From NCBI RefSeq assembly GCF_964355755.1, contig NC_092680.1, positions 17,741,045-17,805,044 of the forward strand: 64,000 nt of DNA, written 5' to 3'. Shown piece after piece: positions 61,581 to 64,000 of the stretch. The notes beneath the pieces were generated by a model. That model was not told the origin of the DNA and searched no databases. It saw only the letters and a list, made by a program, of their open reading frames with translations. This stretch comes from Antedon mediterranea (Eukaryota; Animalia; Echinodermata). Within the stretch, counting starts at the first letter, position 1; each line of letters begins with the position of its first letter. The translations under genes and the position numbers were made by a program.

Positions 61581-63027
61581 CAATAATCAACAACGATTCT
61601 TCTAAGAAAAACATAAAATTACATCTCTATGTTTAATTGCCTGGATGTCCTGATAACATATGTGGAGGACTTGGAGTGTTTATTGGGTTTTCAGCTATTT
61701 TTTCTGTGAATTTAATGTGTTGCCTTTGATGCTGTTTGTACCAAGTGTCAAAGAGCTATGTAAATGGTGCTTAATAAATGAAATCAATCAGTAATAAATC
61801 AATTATCAATTGTTCGTTAATAAACCATTAATTAGTCAATCTGTTAATTGAAAAAAAAAATACTGCTGATGTAAGAAAGTGGATACAAAACAGTAAATTG
61901 TCTGCTGTAAAAATAAACTTTATGTACAGTGAATGATTAAGATTGGCTTTGGTTTAGCATGTAACAAAGTTCATTGCTATATTTTAAATATTAAAACCTT
62001 GTTCTTTTTATTTTAACCTTCATAAAAAATCTGACTGAAATATAAGGTTAAATTTTTTTAAAATGAGATCAGAAAAGTGATATTCATAAAAATAAAGACA
62101 TTTAAAAAAAATATTATAATTTTAACCACAAAAATGGATGCAATTTAATTTAAACTACAGAGTAGTAAATTTTCAAGCTAGTGCATATATATAAAAAACA
62201 ACAGCATCAACAATATCATGCACAGATTGCTAATATTATTAGGTAAGTAGGAACTACATTACCGATGGGATTAAGCGCTCATCGTCTAAATTTTTATTTT
62301 TACTCTGCCGTCTTGCAAGATATTTATTCCTTTAGGTTTTACAGTCCAAAATTTACTTTGCCCTAGAAACTTGTCACAGATAATTTCATTTGGAAATCCG
62401 TAATGCTTCATTTCCAATTTCTGTTAATACTGGCTAATTGAAGATAGAGTAACAAGAGGGAACTAAAATAAAGCACTGGATTAAGAGAGAGAAAGGTGGT
62501 CTTAAGTTAATAAGGTTATTCATATATATGGAAATTTTATATAAATTAAGCATGATGAGCTGAGAAAAGACAAACAAAAAACACAAAAAAATTTAAAAAA
62601 GAAATCATTTAGTTCAGTATAGAAATAATGAAAGTGAAATCGATATAGGCTCGTCTATTCAATGAGCGCTCAAAAAGTCTGACCTATGCAACCTTCATTC
62701 TTAAAAATATTCTCTCCGTTCCATGAATATAACACATTCATTGAATTAATAGGTTTTGAATAATCACAAATCTGACAAATAAAAACTCATATTGTGTCTG
62801 GTATGGCACTTTCTGAAGCTCTGTTTACACTATGACTATCAGTTTGACAAAAAGTGTGATGTGGCCTAATATGGTAGTGATATGACATCATCAAAATGCA
62901 CAATATATAGTATTTACACTGTAGTCCAGTCCACATTAAAAAATAGTATAAAATGATTTATATATCATATAATACAGAAATCTATGTGTATTTTTTTGTC
63001 ACAAAATTTGTTGCTAGATGAAGTCTA

Positions 63028-63170
63028 AAGCTCTGTCTACACTATCAAACTATTTTGACAAAAAAAGTGTGATGTGCTCAAATATGGTAGTGATATGACT
63101 TCATCGTGTCCATATATGGGCACATCACATTTTGTTATCACATAACGTTTGATAGTGTAGACAGAGGCTT
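63028..63170. mobile_element. AAGCTC-family MITE, complete; a rearranged copy lies at 62816-63010
   Basis: ta-aagctctgtctacactatcaaact ... gtttgatagtgtagacagaggctt-ta. Confidence 0.85.
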
Positions 63171-64000
63171 TAGGAAAGCGTAATAAAAACACGAGCAAAA
63201 AATTTAAATAATAAACCAACTGAATGCATAAATATGCATGCCGAGAGCTTGTAAGCAATACTGAATACAAAATAAGTTTTGCAAAATAAGAAATGCCATA
63301 AAAATGCATTGCAACATAAGTTTACTACTGGTGTGTAAGATGAGACAAATGGCGGTTGGATTCTTGTGCAGGAACTTCAATGATATCGACGTTGGCTTTA
63401 GGAACTGACAAAGAAATGACACAGAATTAAAAAAGATCTTTTTGTTTTACTGTAATTTTGTTTCTGCATAACATACAGTACATATGTTCCTGATCACAAA
63501 TTTGAATTTTATCATTTGCTAAAACTTCAATATTCTCAGGTGTATGTTAACATTGTATTTTGTTGTTGTGTTGCTCAATATTTAAATGATCTATTTCAAA
63601 TTTATTCTAACATTGATATTTTTTTGTTGAATTGTTAATATGCAGTTTTTAATTGTTTCAATATAATAGTTATTATGTAAATCATATTTTATTATTGTAA
63701 TTTTTTATGGCGATGCTGTATTGGTGTTTTTGACGCATTGTTGGGTCTTGAATGAATAAATAAAATTAAACTGATTGAACATGTACCCAGTCCAATTTGG
63801 TTTTCATTAATAGTAATTAACCGTAATAAAACTCTGGCTAAACTTCAATTCCACTATATTTCGGAATGATAAATAGCATGTTAAAAATAGCTTTATATCT
63901 GTAAATTCTACTACAGTATATGTAGGTAAATAATACTGCATTGTATCAGTAATATGAAAATACAAATATGCATAAACATCAGTTGACATGGCTTGAACTG

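Noticed and set aside
62262-63410. Possible further BLM exons near 62263-62435 and 63325-63405
   Set aside because: Frames contain stops or have a phase incompatible with the 61178 acceptor, and the peptides are not recognisably RecQ.

Overview
AT-rich, intron-containing animal DNA. It is probably a marine invertebrate deuterostome such as an echinoderm; this is inferred from gene content and repeat style only. Host genes are: a multi-exon betaine-homocysteine S-methyltransferase (BHMT, minus strand, 203-10784, first exon unresolved); a single-coding-exon PRR16(Largen)/INSYN1-like coiled-coil protein (plus, 34979-36307); a secreted discoidin(F5/8C)+PAN/Apple protein (minus, 44658-47190); a JHAMT-like SAM methyltransferase (minus, 49156-51165); and the last two coding exons of a BLM-type RecQ helicase (minus, 60183-61178). 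Most of the rest is transposon-derived. It includes an intact, apparently very young BEL/Pao LTR retrotransposon (36756-43921) with 700-bp LTRs, a GTAAC target-site duplication, a non-canonical TA..CA LTR and no recognisable tRNA primer-binding site. There is also a nested stack of three Helentron-type elements in a BHMT intron, an Academ-type element carrying a 30-bp minisatellite, a Penelope-type minimal hammerhead ribozyme between (TA)n tracts, many MITEs, LINE 3' remnants and tandem repeats. All identity statements are by eye; no searches were run.
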